UHGV virus genome: UHGV-0027450
From: a virus
Strand: one strand, 5' to 3'
Length of the DNA stretch: 46,094 nt
Made by a program: the position numbers and the translations under genes. Below, one piece after another: positions 29,669 through 39,652 of this stretch (position 1 is the stretch's first letter; every line of letters starts with the position of its first letter). Under the pieces are notes generated by a model. It did no database searches. It was not told the origin of the DNA and was given only the letters and a program-made list of their open reading frames with translations.

Positions 29669-30009
29669 TATGTCACCAGTGCAAAGTCAGGCGGCTCAGC
29701 GCGATTGAACGTATTGCCGTAATTAATCACATTCAGAATCTGGTTTGCGCCAGCCGTCAGCGGGTCAGCTTCTGTCATCGTGCCAATCATGATGTAATCA
29801 CCTACCTTAGCGCCAGTGTATTCTGTCCAGAACGTATTCTTCTGCACGATTTCATTACCTTTCGCGTCGGTAGATACATCATCGTTAAAGCCATAATCGC
29901 ACATGATGCTCACTGGCGCGTCAAAAGTTGGCTTTCCGTACTTGTCAGTGCCGCTTTTGTGCCAGATTGTGCATGGTTGTGTGTAGCTCCAGTTAGCCAG
30001 CGAAGTCAT
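29668..30009 (-). CDS. head-tail joining protein (SPP1 gp16-like size and position)
   Basis: ATG 30009 with SD gggag. ATGA-coupled to the upstream gene. Confidence 0.5.
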   Translation of the reverse strand: MTSLANWSYTQPCTIWHKSGTDKYGKPTFDAPVSIMCDYGFNDDVSTDAKGNEIVQKNTFWTEYTGAKVGDYIMIGTMTEADPLTAGANQILNVINYGNTFNRAEPPDFALVT

Positions 30010-30398
30010 TTGCACTTACTCCCACGCACAACTGCAAACCACGGTTTACCGCTTCCATCAGGGTCTTCCACTAAATCGCCAGTGCATCCGGCTGTGTCCA
30101 GTAGTTTCATCTGATTGTACAGTGCCACCCACGGTTTGCTTCCGTAAGCGAATGATTGTGATGCGCCAGATGGTGCGCTCTGGCTGGTGACGTAACGCCC
30201 TGCGGTATTTGCGCTAATCAGGATGGAAGCCCACAGCATGATCGCATTTTGTCGGCATTCATCGTTTGGATAGTTCAGTTCAAGGCATTCGCTGATTGAT
30301 GCCACAAGGCACAGAATACCGGACGCATCCGTTGTGGTGATAGTCATTCCACGGGATGCCATCTGGCTTACTAATTCTTCAGGTGTTGGTGCTGCCAT
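30006..30398 (-). CDS. head-tail adaptor/head completion protein
   Basis: 130 aa from the ATG at 30398 (SD gggag). The track ORF starts at the TTG at 30434. Confidence 0.5.
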   Translation of the reverse strand: MAAPTPEELVSQMASRGMTITTTDASGILCLVASISECLELNYPNDECRQNAIMLWASILISANTAGRYVTSQSAPSGASQSFAYGSKPWVALYNQMKLLDTAGCTGDLVEDPDGSGKPWFAVVRGSKCK

Positions 30399-30663
30399 TT
30401 TTCTTCGACTCCCGTACCTTCCACCACATTTCAAACAGGTTCTTTATTACCAGAGACAGAGCGCCGAGGATTGACGCTACTGCCGCCCACTCTGTCAGGC
30501 TGTGTGGAATCATCGCTTCAAAATAAGATTGCGTGACAGGTGTTTGCTCTGCAACTTTCAGTCCGATGCCAGTGCCAATAGAAGCATATCCAGCCTTATC
30601 AATCACCTGTCCTGCTGTTCCGCTTATAATCTGCTCTGCGACTTGCCTTAGTGTTCCGTTCAT
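30379..30663 (-). CDS. hypothetical protein with C-terminal hydrophobic segment
   Basis: 94-aa track ORF that overlaps the next gene by 20 nt. Confidence 0.4.
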   Translation of the reverse strand: MNGTLRQVAEQIISGTAGQVIDKAGYASIGTGIGLKVAEQTPVTQSYFEAMIPHSLTEWAAVASILGALSLVIKNLFEMWWKVRESKKNGSTNT

Positions 30664-30695
30664 TGCGTGTCTCGCTGATGATATGTTTCCAGCAC

Positions 30696-31136
30696 TTATA
30701 GATTTGAATCAGCGAAAAAACGATGGCGACCACGCCAAGAATAATGTCCAATTTCGCCGCCCCATTTAAAAGTGATGGAAAGGATGAACAGATGGATGCC
30801 GATAATAATAAATGCGTACTGCGCATGAAGCGGCGTTTCTACAGGCGTGATAAATTCCCATACGAATGACTCTATCGCAACCAGCCATTCGTAAAGGCTC
30901 ATCGTCAGCACGCAGAGCGCCATCTTTGTACTTTTGCGCAGCGCAATAGCAGGAAATAACCAGACCATAGACTGCGCAAGGTAATACAGATATTCGGCGG
31001 GAAATGAATCAACAAGCACCCATCCAAGATACACAGACATCACCATTGCCGGAATGAACACCAGAAACGCGAACATGCCTGTGCAGGCAAAACCCAGCAC
31101 ATACATGATCATGATGGTAACATCTGCGCCGAACAT
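30696..31136 (-). CDS. integral membrane protein (about 4 TM helices)
   Basis: 146 aa, highly hydrophobic. TAATG-coupled to the upstream basic micropeptide. Confidence 0.55.
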   Translation of the reverse strand: MFGADVTIMIMYVLGFACTGMFAFLVFIPAMVMSVYLGWVLVDSFPAEYLYYLAQSMVWLFPAIALRKSTKMALCVLTMSLYEWLVAIESFVWEFITPVETPLHAQYAFIIIGIHLFILSITFKWGGEIGHYSWRGRHRFFADSNL

Positions 31137-31255
31137 TATTTCTTACCGCGCGATGGTGAACGGGTGGAGCCGTTTGGCTTCACTGCGCCAGTTTTGCCGC
31201 CAGTTTTGGTATTGCCAGTGGCGCGTGAACGAGACGGACCGTTTGTTGAACCCAT
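31136..31255 (-). CDS. 39-aa highly basic Gly/Ser/Thr-rich micropeptide
   Basis: Translates MGSTNGPSRSRATGNTKTGGKTGAVKPNGSTRSPSRGKK. SD aggag at 9 nt. Its stop overlaps the ATG of the membrane protein gene. Confidence 0.3.
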   Translation of the reverse strand: MGSTNGPSRSRATGNTKTGGKTGAVKPNGSTRSPSRGKK

Positions 31256-31302
31256 GTTTAAATCTCCTGTTGTTTGATTAGCATGATTTTAGCATATTCC
31301 TG

Positions 31303-31346
31303 TTGACGTAGATTGATGCGGCGTTTATAGTTAGTGACGTAGAAAC
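31303..31346 (+). promoter_or_regulatory. promoter/operator for the plus-strand ParB/DnaN-like island
   Basis: TTGACGTAGATTGATG (31303-31318) and GTGACGTAGAAAC (31334-31346). The minus strand of 31262-31300 carries a TGcTAAAAT extended -10 for the membrane-protein operon. Confidence 0.5.
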
Positions 31347-31366
31347 AACAATAAATGTTAGAGGTG

Positions 31367-31546
31367 ATGAAAATGGAAGGTGAAACAGAAGTTGTGGTTG
31401 TTGATATTTTTTATCAAGCATCAGACGAAGGCATACCAGCTCACTGGTGCTGCCAGTTTATTCGCGATGGATGGACTGGTTATGAATATTTTGATAACTC
31501 AGAAGATGCATATAACTATGCTTACTCACATGGATTTCAAGGGTAA
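31367..31546 (+). CDS. hypothetical protein (59 aa)
   Basis: ATG 31367 with SD agaggtga. Confidence 0.45.
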   Translation: MKMEGETEVVVVDIFYQASDEGIPAHWCCQFIRDGWTGYEYFDNSEDAYNYAYSHGFQG

Positions 31547-31549
31547 ACA

Positions 31550-32359
31550 ATGAAAACACTCAGCAAAATCTATTCAGACAAAGAAACGCGAAACGGCATC
31601 GCTGTTAACAAAACCTATCTCGTGCCAGTGGAGCAAATCTATCTGGAGCCTGGATACAACATCCGTGAAGCAGATGAGCAGCATGTAGAATATTTCGCTC
31701 AGTGCTGGGAATCAGGTCAACCATTACCAGCATTAACAGTTATTCCAGATGAGAAGGGAATCCCCATTCTTGGTGGTCAGCATCGCTATCTCGGTGCGCT
31801 GCGTGCCATTGAGCGTGGAGCGCCAATCATTCGCATTGAGTGCAAGGATTTCACTGGCGATGAAGCGAACAAAATTGCCTTCATGGTGTCATCCAGTCAG
31901 GGTAAGCAGCTCGACCCGTTTGAGCGCGCAAATGCTTACACGCGACTGAAAGGTTTTGGCTGGACCAACGAGGAAATCGCCAAAAAGGTAGGTCGTTCAG
32001 TATCTGACGTGCAAATGCATTTGTCGCTGGGTGGTGTTACAGCGGAAGTAAAAGCGCGAATCAGCGCCGGGCAAATCAGCTATGCAAATGCCGTAGCGGT
32101 GACGCGCGAGCATGGCGATGATGCGGTAAAAGTTATCGACGAGGCAGTCGAAGAAGCGAAGGCGCAAGGTAAGGACAAGGTCACAGCCAAGGTGCTGAAG
32201 TCGAAAAAGATTAAGCCAGTGGACCGCCTGATTGAGTTACTGAAGCAAGCAGATCACGTGATTCTTCCTGCTGGCCATGTCGTGGCAGAGGATGAGGAAT
32301 TCATCCAGATTCCTGTTGCTGACATTCACGAGGTTATGGCAATTCTGGAGAAGATGTGA
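31550..32359 (+). CDS. ParB-like nuclease-domain protein with C-terminal HTH
   Basis: IPILGGQHRYLGALRA matches the ParB/Srx GxxR core. An HTH follows at EEIAKKVGRSVSDVQMHL. Confidence 0.7.
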   Translation: MKTLSKIYSDKETRNGIAVNKTYLVPVEQIYLEPGYNIREADEQHVEYFAQCWESGQPLPALTVIPDEKGIPILGGQHRYLGALRAIERGAPIIRIECKDFTGDEANKIAFMVSSSQGKQLDPFERANAYTRLKGFGWTNEEIAKKVGRSVSDVQMHLSLGGVTAEVKARISAGQISYANAVAVTREHGDDAVKVIDEAVEEAKAQGKDKVTAKVLKSKKIKPVDRLIELLKQADHVILPAGHVVAEDEEFIQIPVADIHEVMAILEKM

Positions 32360-32610
32360 TGAATAAGTATGAAGAACTTGATGCGATGATTATGGGGATT
32401 CTTGATTTCAACATTCCAACACCATTCATGGCAATTCATTTTTCTGACGGTATACATAGTGGCATATATGCAGAGTGTGAAAAGCTGGCGACAAAACCGC
32501 ATGAAGGTTTTCGTGTTCTTGACCGCAGGTTGCAAGCGCTAAGAAAGAAAGGCCTTATCGTGTCGCATGGCGCAAGCAAAGGATGGGTGAAGATAAATCA
32601 TGAACGCTGA
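32359..32610 (+). CDS. hypothetical protein (83 aa)
   Basis: ATG 32359 with SD ggagaag. Coupled to the ParB-like gene stop. Confidence 0.5.
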   Translation: MNKYEELDAMIMGILDFNIPTPFMAIHFSDGIHSGIYAECEKLATKPHEGFRVLDRRLQALRKKGLIVSHGASKGWVKINHER

Positions 32611-32773
32611 ACAATTCATCGAAAAACAGCTACGCGCCAAGCTGCCCGACATTGACCAGAGGGCAATTGATGCGGCAATTCAGTATTACAAGCGCAATCA
32701 GAGCGCAAAGAAGGGTGGCATTTTTGAAGAATGCCTGAAGGTTGCAAAAAAACACATGATTAAGGTGAAGTGA
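32600..32773 (+). CDS. hypothetical protein (57 aa)
   Basis: Translates MNAEQFIEKQLRAKLPDIDQRAIDAAIQYYKRNQSAKKGG... The ATG lies 11 nt inside the upstream gene. Not in the track. Confidence 0.35.
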   Translation: MNAEQFIEKQLRAKLPDIDQRAIDAAIQYYKRNQSAKKGGIFEECLKVAKKHMIKVK

Positions 32774-32982
32774 TGATTAACACAATTGATTATTTATACT
32801 TGATTCTTGTTCCTACAGCTAAAGCGTTCAGAGGGAGATACGAGGAAGGGAAAGCGCCATTCAAGGCAACCAGAAATTGCAGGCAGTGCAGGATTGGGTT
32901 TCTTGATAAAGAACAGGAGAGAGAATGGCAAAAATTTTGCCTTGAAAATGAATTAAAAAACGATGCGTCTCTTGAATTTTGA
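32773..32982 (+). CDS. hypothetical protein (69 aa)
   Basis: ATG 32773 with SD aaggtgaag. Overlaps the stop of the upstream gene. Confidence 0.45.
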   Translation: MINTIDYLYLILVPTAKAFRGRYEEGKAPFKATRNCRQCRIGFLDKEQEREWQKFCLENELKNDASLEF

Positions 32983-32991
32983 GGTGAAGTG

Positions 32992-33528
32992 ATGAAACTA
33001 AAAATCAGCAAACTATTACTTGAATCAGCACTAATATTTCAGGCGCGCAACGATGTGAGATATTACCTGAATGGTATCTGCTTTATGCCTGATGGTCGCA
33101 TTTCCTCAACTGACGGTCATCGCGCATTCATTGGTGGCAGCCATGACAACGAACTGGCTGAAAATGTGATTGTAAAGGTCAGCAAGTCTCCGACAAAACG
33201 CTATGACTACGCCATCATTGATACTAAGTCGAAAATTGCGACGTATCATGATAAAGCTGGCGTGATGGTTGGTGCTGGCATCTGCGAAGAGATTGACGGT
33301 CGATTCCCTGATATTGATCGCGTGATACCAAAGAAAACGAAATCAGCAGAGGAAATTGGTTTCAATGCTGGCTACCTTGTTGATATTGAGAAGGTGGCGA
33401 AGCTGTTTAATCCTAAATTCTGTTGCGTTAAATTTGAGTTGAATGGAAATACAAATGCCTCGGTTTGCTGTCTTAGCGCTCCTACAGGCGAGAACGCAAA
33501 GATTGTTGTTATGCCTATGCGTCTGTAG
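32992..33528 (+). CDS. truncated beta sliding clamp (DnaN) derivative, 178 aa
   Basis: NDVRYYLNGICFMPDGRISSTDGHRAF aligns with E. coli DnaN QDVRYYLNGMLFE...TVATDGHRLAV. EEIDGRFPDIDRVIPKK aligns with KLVDGRFPDYRRVLPKN. The C-terminus EIGFNAGYLVDIEKVAK...AKIVVMPMRL aligns with EIGFNVSYVLDVLNALK...AYVVMPMRL. This is about half the length of the host beta clamp. Confidence 0.65.
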   Translation: MKLKISKLLLESALIFQARNDVRYYLNGICFMPDGRISSTDGHRAFIGGSHDNELAENVIVKVSKSPTKRYDYAIIDTKSKIATYHDKAGVMVGAGICEEIDGRFPDIDRVIPKKTKSAEEIGFNAGYLVDIEKVAKLFNPKFCCVKFELNGNTNASVCCLSAPTGENAKIVVMPMRL

Positions 33529-33531
33529 TAA

Positions 33532-33562
33532 TAAAAAACCCGCATAATGCGGGTTTTGTTTA
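33532..33562. terminator. bidirectional intrinsic terminator
   Basis: ataaaaaacccgcat-aa-tgcgggttttgttt. Confidence 0.7.
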
Positions 33563-33757
33563 CTCTGCTTTCTTTTTCTTTGTCGTTTTGTCTTGCGGGG
33601 TTGCGACTTCGAAAGACTTTTCCAGTTCTGGCATGATGCGCAGTTTTGGCAGCAGATGCTCGGCTGGTTCGGTAATCACCTCGCCAAGCTGCAACTCACG
33701 AATCTTGCCTTTCTCTTTTACAAAGATTCCGCGAGCGATCACTTCGTATTTAGCCAT
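33560..33757 (-). CDS. hypothetical protein (65 aa) downstream of the capsid gene
   Basis: Track ORF. SD gaggtga. Confidence 0.5.
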   Translation of the reverse strand: MAKYEVIARGIFVKEKGKIRELQLGEVITEPAEHLLPKLRIMPELEKSFEVATPQDKTTKKKKAE

Positions 33758-33775
33758 TATTCACCTCAAATTCAC

Positions 33776-33797
33776 AAAGGGGCTATTCGCCCCTTTT
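33776..33797 (-). terminator. terminator-like hairpin (possible attenuator) after the major capsid gene
   Basis: aaaggggc-gaat-agccccttt immediately 3' of the capsid stop. The downstream U-tract is weak. Confidence 0.35.
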
Positions 33798-33800
33798 CTA

Positions 33801-34871
33801 TTACTGCGGAGTTTGCGTACCGTAGCCGTTGAACACTTTGGATTTGCCGGAGAAATCCTTGCGCACCTGTAGGCCGAAAGCAGACCACACGAGGAAGTTG
33901 AAATTAGCGTGCGGAGTGGTGCGCGGCTCTGCATAGGTTGATACCGGCTGAGCAACACGCGGACGGATGTACATGTCGTTGCGAACGTAGCCAACGAAGT
34001 GGTTGCCAGTCAGCAGGAAGTTGGTGCCAATCTTGCCGATGCGACCATTGCCAAACTGCGTGATGTACTGCTCAACGGTGCCACCTTTGAAGCCTGCCGC
34101 ATCAGAATACGGACGCATGAAGCTGCGACGCACTGCCGGGGAAACCCACAGAGTCACCTGCTCAAATACGTTCTGCGCATCCAGAATAGCCTGGAAATCC
34201 TGATTGAAGAAGGTCACGATTTCATCTGGCGTTGCGGTTTGCAGGTCGATATTCAGGCCGCCGGAAGCATTCAGGTTAACCTGAACGGTGTTCGGGTGGT
34301 TGGTGATACCGTAGCCAGTGTAAACGCCGTTCACGTTCAGAGTCTGGTCGCCAGTCAGCAGGTATTGCGCCATATCGGAACGTAGATTAAAGGTGACGTT
34401 AGCCTGATCGTCCAGCAGCGGGTCGAAGCCTTCAGACTGCATACCCAGTAGTTCGCGCCATTCGCGGCTGTAGCCAGTTTTGAAGATTGGAATTACATCG
34501 CCAGTGTAATCGTAGCGGGTTTTATCCAAATCTTCCGGCTCCTGACCGGACAGGGTGCGGACGACTTTACCAGCATCGGAAGCGATGCGGCTGATTGCCA
34601 CAGTCTTACCAATATTGATGTTTGCTGCGATGCCCATCAGGTCAGCCATCATGTCCTGACCAGCTTCGTTGCGGAAAACGCGGGTGGTGACGTTGTCAAC
34701 GTCGCGCCAGTAATCTTTCGTTACCAGTGCGGTAGCGTTAACGCCATAGGTTTTCGCCAGTTCAGCTTCTGCATTGCAGAACACTTTACGGTCGATGGTA
34801 AGATGTTTCCACTGGTCAGCCACCACTGCGGAGTTGGCTACCAGGTCTTTGGTAAAAATAATCTTTTCCAT
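33801..34871 (-). CDS. major capsid protein
   Basis: 356 aa. It follows the protease-scaffold and decoration-like genes. Confidence 0.75.
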   Translation of the reverse strand: MEKIIFTKDLVANSAVVADQWKHLTIDRKVFCNAEAELAKTYGVNATALVTKDYWRDVDNVTTRVFRNEAGQDMMADLMGIAANINIGKTVAISRIASDAGKVVRTLSGQEPEDLDKTRYDYTGDVIPIFKTGYSREWRELLGMQSEGFDPLLDDQANVTFNLRSDMAQYLLTGDQTLNVNGVYTGYGITNHPNTVQVNLNASGGLNIDLQTATPDEIVTFFNQDFQAILDAQNVFEQVTLWVSPAVRRSFMRPYSDAAGFKGGTVEQYITQFGNGRIGKIGTNFLLTGNHFVGYVRNDMYIRPRVAQPVSTYAEPRTTPHANFNFLVWSAFGLQVRKDFSGKSKVFNGYGTQTPQ

Positions 34872-34873
34872 TA

Positions 34874-36753
<1,880 letters not shown>

Positions 36754-36770
36754 GGTTAACTCTCCACGGT

Positions 36771-36893
36771 TAGTTTGTGGTCGAATTATAACACAGGGAG
36801 ATATAGCACCATGAGGCGGTAGCCAGTGCAAACAATGGCGAATTGGTGAGTGCGTATAGCGTGAGAAAGTAAGTGATAGGGATTATGTTCATG
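36771..36893 (-). CDS. 40-aa hydrophobic micropeptide
   Basis: SD aggaggtg at 6 nt. Translates MNIIPITYFLTLYALTNSPLFALATASWCYISLCYNSTTN. Confidence 0.3.
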
Positions 36894-36947
36894 GGCCACC
36901 TCCTGATTAAATGATAGCAGCCCATGATGAACAAAAGATATACGGAG

Positions 36948-37094
36948 TTAGTCTGAAATCACATCATCCATGAATGCAAGCGCAGCGCCTGAAAGACAGA
37001 ACAGAGCGCCATAGCAAATCATCTGGTACAGAGTGTCAGCCTCAAATACCCGCGCGAATGCGTAAGCAGAAAGAGCCCATAGAAGTGGAATCAT
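36948..37094 (-). CDS. small membrane protein (48 aa)
   Basis: ATG 37094 (M30 of the track ORF) with SD ggag. ATGA-coupled to the upstream gene. Confidence 0.4.
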   Translation of the reverse strand: MIPLLWALSAYAFARVFEADTLYQMICYGALFCLSGAALAFMDDVISD

Positions 37095-37342
37095 TTTCGC
37101 TCCGGAATGATGATTGTAGTATCGAATGGTGGAATGCACCCAAGGTGGACATATTCTCCAAATGTATCGAATAGCGCCCACAGCGGAAATGAAGAATATC
37201 CATCGTCATCTTTTTCTGGCTCGACAAAATCACCAATACTAGGAACTCTCAAACGAAGTTCATCGTGTCGCTTGCGCAGAATGTCGATTCCGTTATCGTT
37301 TAGCTTAATTTTCACGGACTCATTTATATTGAATTTCATCAT
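37091..37342 (-). CDS. hypothetical protein (83 aa)
   Basis: Track ORF, part of the coupled chain. Confidence 0.5.
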   Translation of the reverse strand: MMKFNINESVKIKLNDNGIDILRKRHDELRLRVPSIGDFVEPEKDDDGYSSFPLWALFDTFGEYVHLGCIPPFDTTIIIPERK

Positions 37343-37668
37343 ACCAACCCCGCATTACGTTTGGCTTTATGAACAAATTCCATAAAGCGACCAATCGGCA
37401 TTTCCTTACGGATTTGCGCCAGAATAGCGCCATGCAAATATCTTTCCTCGCCGTAATACAGCTTATCCAGTCTCGTTTTAATAAGTGCTCGCGTGCGCTT
37501 CATGTGGTCTCTCGCTTTAAGTGCTTTCTCATGCCAGACGCGGTCGTTCTTCTTATCAGCATATTGAAGCTGCCGTTCAACGGTCTCGATTTCAAATGCC
37601 AGTTGCATGTCATAATCTTCAAGCTGAATGATGTCTGCTTTCATAATGTCGTTTAATGGAATAATCAT
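37339..37668 (-). CDS. hypothetical protein (109 aa)
   Basis: Track ORF, part of the coupled chain. Confidence 0.5.
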   Translation of the reverse strand: MIIPLNDIMKADIIQLEDYDMQLAFEIETVERQLQYADKKNDRVWHEKALKARDHMKRTRALIKTRLDKLYYGEERYLHGAILAQIRKEMPIGRFMEFVHKAKRNAGLV

Positions 37669-38030
37669 TTTTTCACCTCTAATCCTGCGTTATTAATTTG
37701 CTCGCGATAATGGTCATCAACATTCGGGCCATGATCGTTTGGACATGGACACGCTTGAATCTCAATTGCTGCGCGCGATGCCTGCCATGCCATCCATGCA
37801 AGGTTTGTTTGATGGCATTTGTACTGCTGGTCATCCCATTCTGTCATTGGGTATTCAGTACGCCATAAATCAAAGCCTGTTTCTTTCTTAACCCACGCCT
37901 CAAACTGCTCTCTACTCGTCATCTTCACTTCCTCCACTATCCAGCCCATCTTTCTACGGTTATTGGCAATAAACTCATCCGATGTCACAAACAGAGTTCT
38001 GCCTGATTTATGCTTAATAGCCCATCTCAT
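37665..38030 (-). CDS. hypothetical protein (121 aa)
   Basis: Track ORF. A possible additional 58-aa ORF (38190..38014, MGKAKRKKQEYEPLPP...) overlaps both neighbours and was not called. Confidence 0.5.
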   Translation of the reverse strand: MRWAIKHKSGRTLFVTSDEFIANNRRKMGWIVEEVKMTSREQFEAWVKKETGFDLWRTEYPMTEWDDQQYKCHQTNLAWMAWQASRAAIEIQACPCPNDHGPNVDDHYREQINNAGLEVKK

Positions 38031-38155
38031 TTAGTACATCCTCAGCAAGTTTGCGGAACATAATTTGCACCCTTGCCACCTTTCGCCACTCAGCCTCGGT
38101 GAGAATCACATCCTCATGCTGCGGCATTCCTGACATTTCGCATGGCGGCAGCGGT

Positions 38156-38644
38156 TCATACTCTTGTTTCTTGCGCTTTGCTTTCCCCATGCTGGCCTCT
38201 TACATTGCGAAGAAGTGAATTAAACAGGTTGCTCACGTTTACTTCCTGCTCCTGCCATGAGTAACGCCATAGCTTCTTGTGGTGGTCATAGCTTCGCGTA
38301 ACATCGCCGTTATGAAACATGATTCGGATGCGGCTTTTTACGATTCGGTAATCCAAGCCAGTGGCTGAGCTAATTTCTTTCACCTCTGAGTCATTATTAT
38401 CAATCAGGTGGCACTTAATCGCATCATCAATATCAGCAGCATCATCAGAGATGAAATACATGTACTGCCACTTACCACCACGAATCACGGACTTCTCTCG
38501 GCGAATGAAGCCAAGAGCAAGCATCTCATGAAGTCGATGCGTTGTGGTGCTTGAATGTTTACCACCGCAATGCTTTTCAATATATGCACGCGTTGCTCCA
38601 GGATGCATCATAATCACGCGCATGATTTGTGATTTATAGTCCAT
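38156..38644 (-). CDS. winged-HTH DNA-binding protein (162 aa)
   Basis: Start taken at M70 of the track ORF (SD agagga). MDYKSQIMRVIMMHPGATRAYIEKHC...RLHEMLALGFIRREK is wHTH-like. Confidence 0.5.
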   Translation of the reverse strand: MDYKSQIMRVIMMHPGATRAYIEKHCGGKHSSTTTHRLHEMLALGFIRREKSVIRGGKWQYMYFISDDAADIDDAIKCHLIDNNDSEVKEISSATGLDYRIVKSRIRIMFHNGDVTRSYDHHKKLWRYSWQEQEVNVSNLFNSLLRNVRGQHGESKAQETRV

Positions 38645-38879
38645 GATCGCGTTCCTCTGCTGCCTGATTGAAGTCTTCTGCGGTGTAGAGGTGTCCTCCT
38701 CTTGTGTTCCATTGGGTAGCCGCTGCCAACTTCGTTGCGTGAACATCACTTGAGCAGCCACACTCACACATAGCGAAATACATCCCATCATCGTTATATA
38801 ACTTAATTTCGTTGCTACCACAGAATGGGCACTCCAGTAATCCTTCGTCATTCATCATCAGCATATGTGGCGCGCTCAT
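38634..38879 (-). CDS. Lar-family restriction alleviation protein (second copy)
   Basis: LLECPFCGSNEIKLYNDDGMYFAMCECGCSS...AAATQWNTRGG carries the Lar signature. ATGA-coupled to the upstream gene. Confidence 0.6.
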   Translation of the reverse strand: MSAPHMLMMNDEGLLECPFCGSNEIKLYNDDGMYFAMCECGCSSDVHATKLAAATQWNTRGGHLYTAEDFNQAAEERDHGL

Positions 38880-39070
38880 TTCAACCACTCCCCAAGATTA
38901 TTAAATTTAGGCGTATCACCAGACCAGTCGATAACGTCCCTCTGCTGATTGCGCTTGCGTTGTAATCGGTTGCGTACTTCCCGCAGTTCGCATTCCAGCC
39001 ATTCGCGAGTGCGCTCAACTTCATTCAGTCGCTGGATTAACGATTCTTCGTACAGTTCGTCATGCGCCAT
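38876..39070 (-). CDS. hypothetical coiled-coil protein (64 aa)
   Basis: Track ORF. Confidence 0.45.
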   Translation of the reverse strand: MAHDELYEESLIQRLNEVERTREWLECELREVRNRLQRKRNQQRDVIDWSGDTPKFNNLGEWLK

Positions 39071-39130
39071 TTATAATTTCTCCCGTAGAATTTGATAACA
39101 ACGTGCTCAACGCACAGATAACCTTCATCC

Positions 39131-39328
39131 TCAACCGTTACTGGTTGAACTATAAACCACCGCAGATATAAGTTCGTCAGCCTTTTCACGACCAGCAACC
39201 TCCGCCTCAAGCGCCAGTGAGCACATGGCAGTTTCCACAAACTTGATGGTATCCTCGCGAACGTTAAGGATTTCCATAACCTCGCGAACCTCTTTCTGGT
39301 ATCTAGCTGCTATTTCTTTGTATCGCAT
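39131..39328 (-). CDS. hypothetical protein (66 aa)
   Basis: ATG 39328 (M11 of the track ORF) with SD ggtga. Confidence 0.45.
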   Translation of the reverse strand: MRYKEIAARYQKEVREVMEILNVREDTIKFVETAMCSLALEAEVAGREKADELISAVVYSSTSNG

Positions 39329-39356
39329 TTCCACATCACCTTTTCCGTTGTGGTAC

Positions 39357-39395
39357 AATCTACGTCAATAAGTATTGACTAAGTGACGTAGAAAC
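39357..39395. promoter_or_regulatory. divergent promoter/operator region
   Basis: The minus strand reads TTGACGTAGATTG (rc of 39357-39369). The plus strand carries GTGACGTAGAAAC (39383-39395) and an upstream tgGTACAAT element (39352-39359). Confidence 0.45.
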
Positions 39396-39427
39396 GTCAA
39401 GATGTTTTTCGAGAAGGAGTAGTAAAT

Positions 39428-39652
39428 ATGCCAAGACCACGACGCGAGCCGATGGACATTATCACCAGCATTGTGGAGAAGCGTCAGCCGCTGACACTCC
39501 GTGATGTTCGCTACTTTGCCCGTTGCTATGTGGCGCTGGCTGATATGCCAAAGGATGAGATGTATGATTTGATTCGGGACAATTTTGAAGTTGATGAACA
39601 CAACCGCGTCACAATGCCGCGACGCAAGATGACTAAGTGGAGAGAGAAATGA
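39428..39652 (+). CDS. hypothetical protein (74 aa)
   Basis: SD gaaggag. Confidence 0.5.
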   Translation: MPRPRREPMDIITSIVEKRQPLTLRDVRYFARCYVALADMPKDEMYDLIRDNFEVDEHNRVTMPRRKMTKWREK

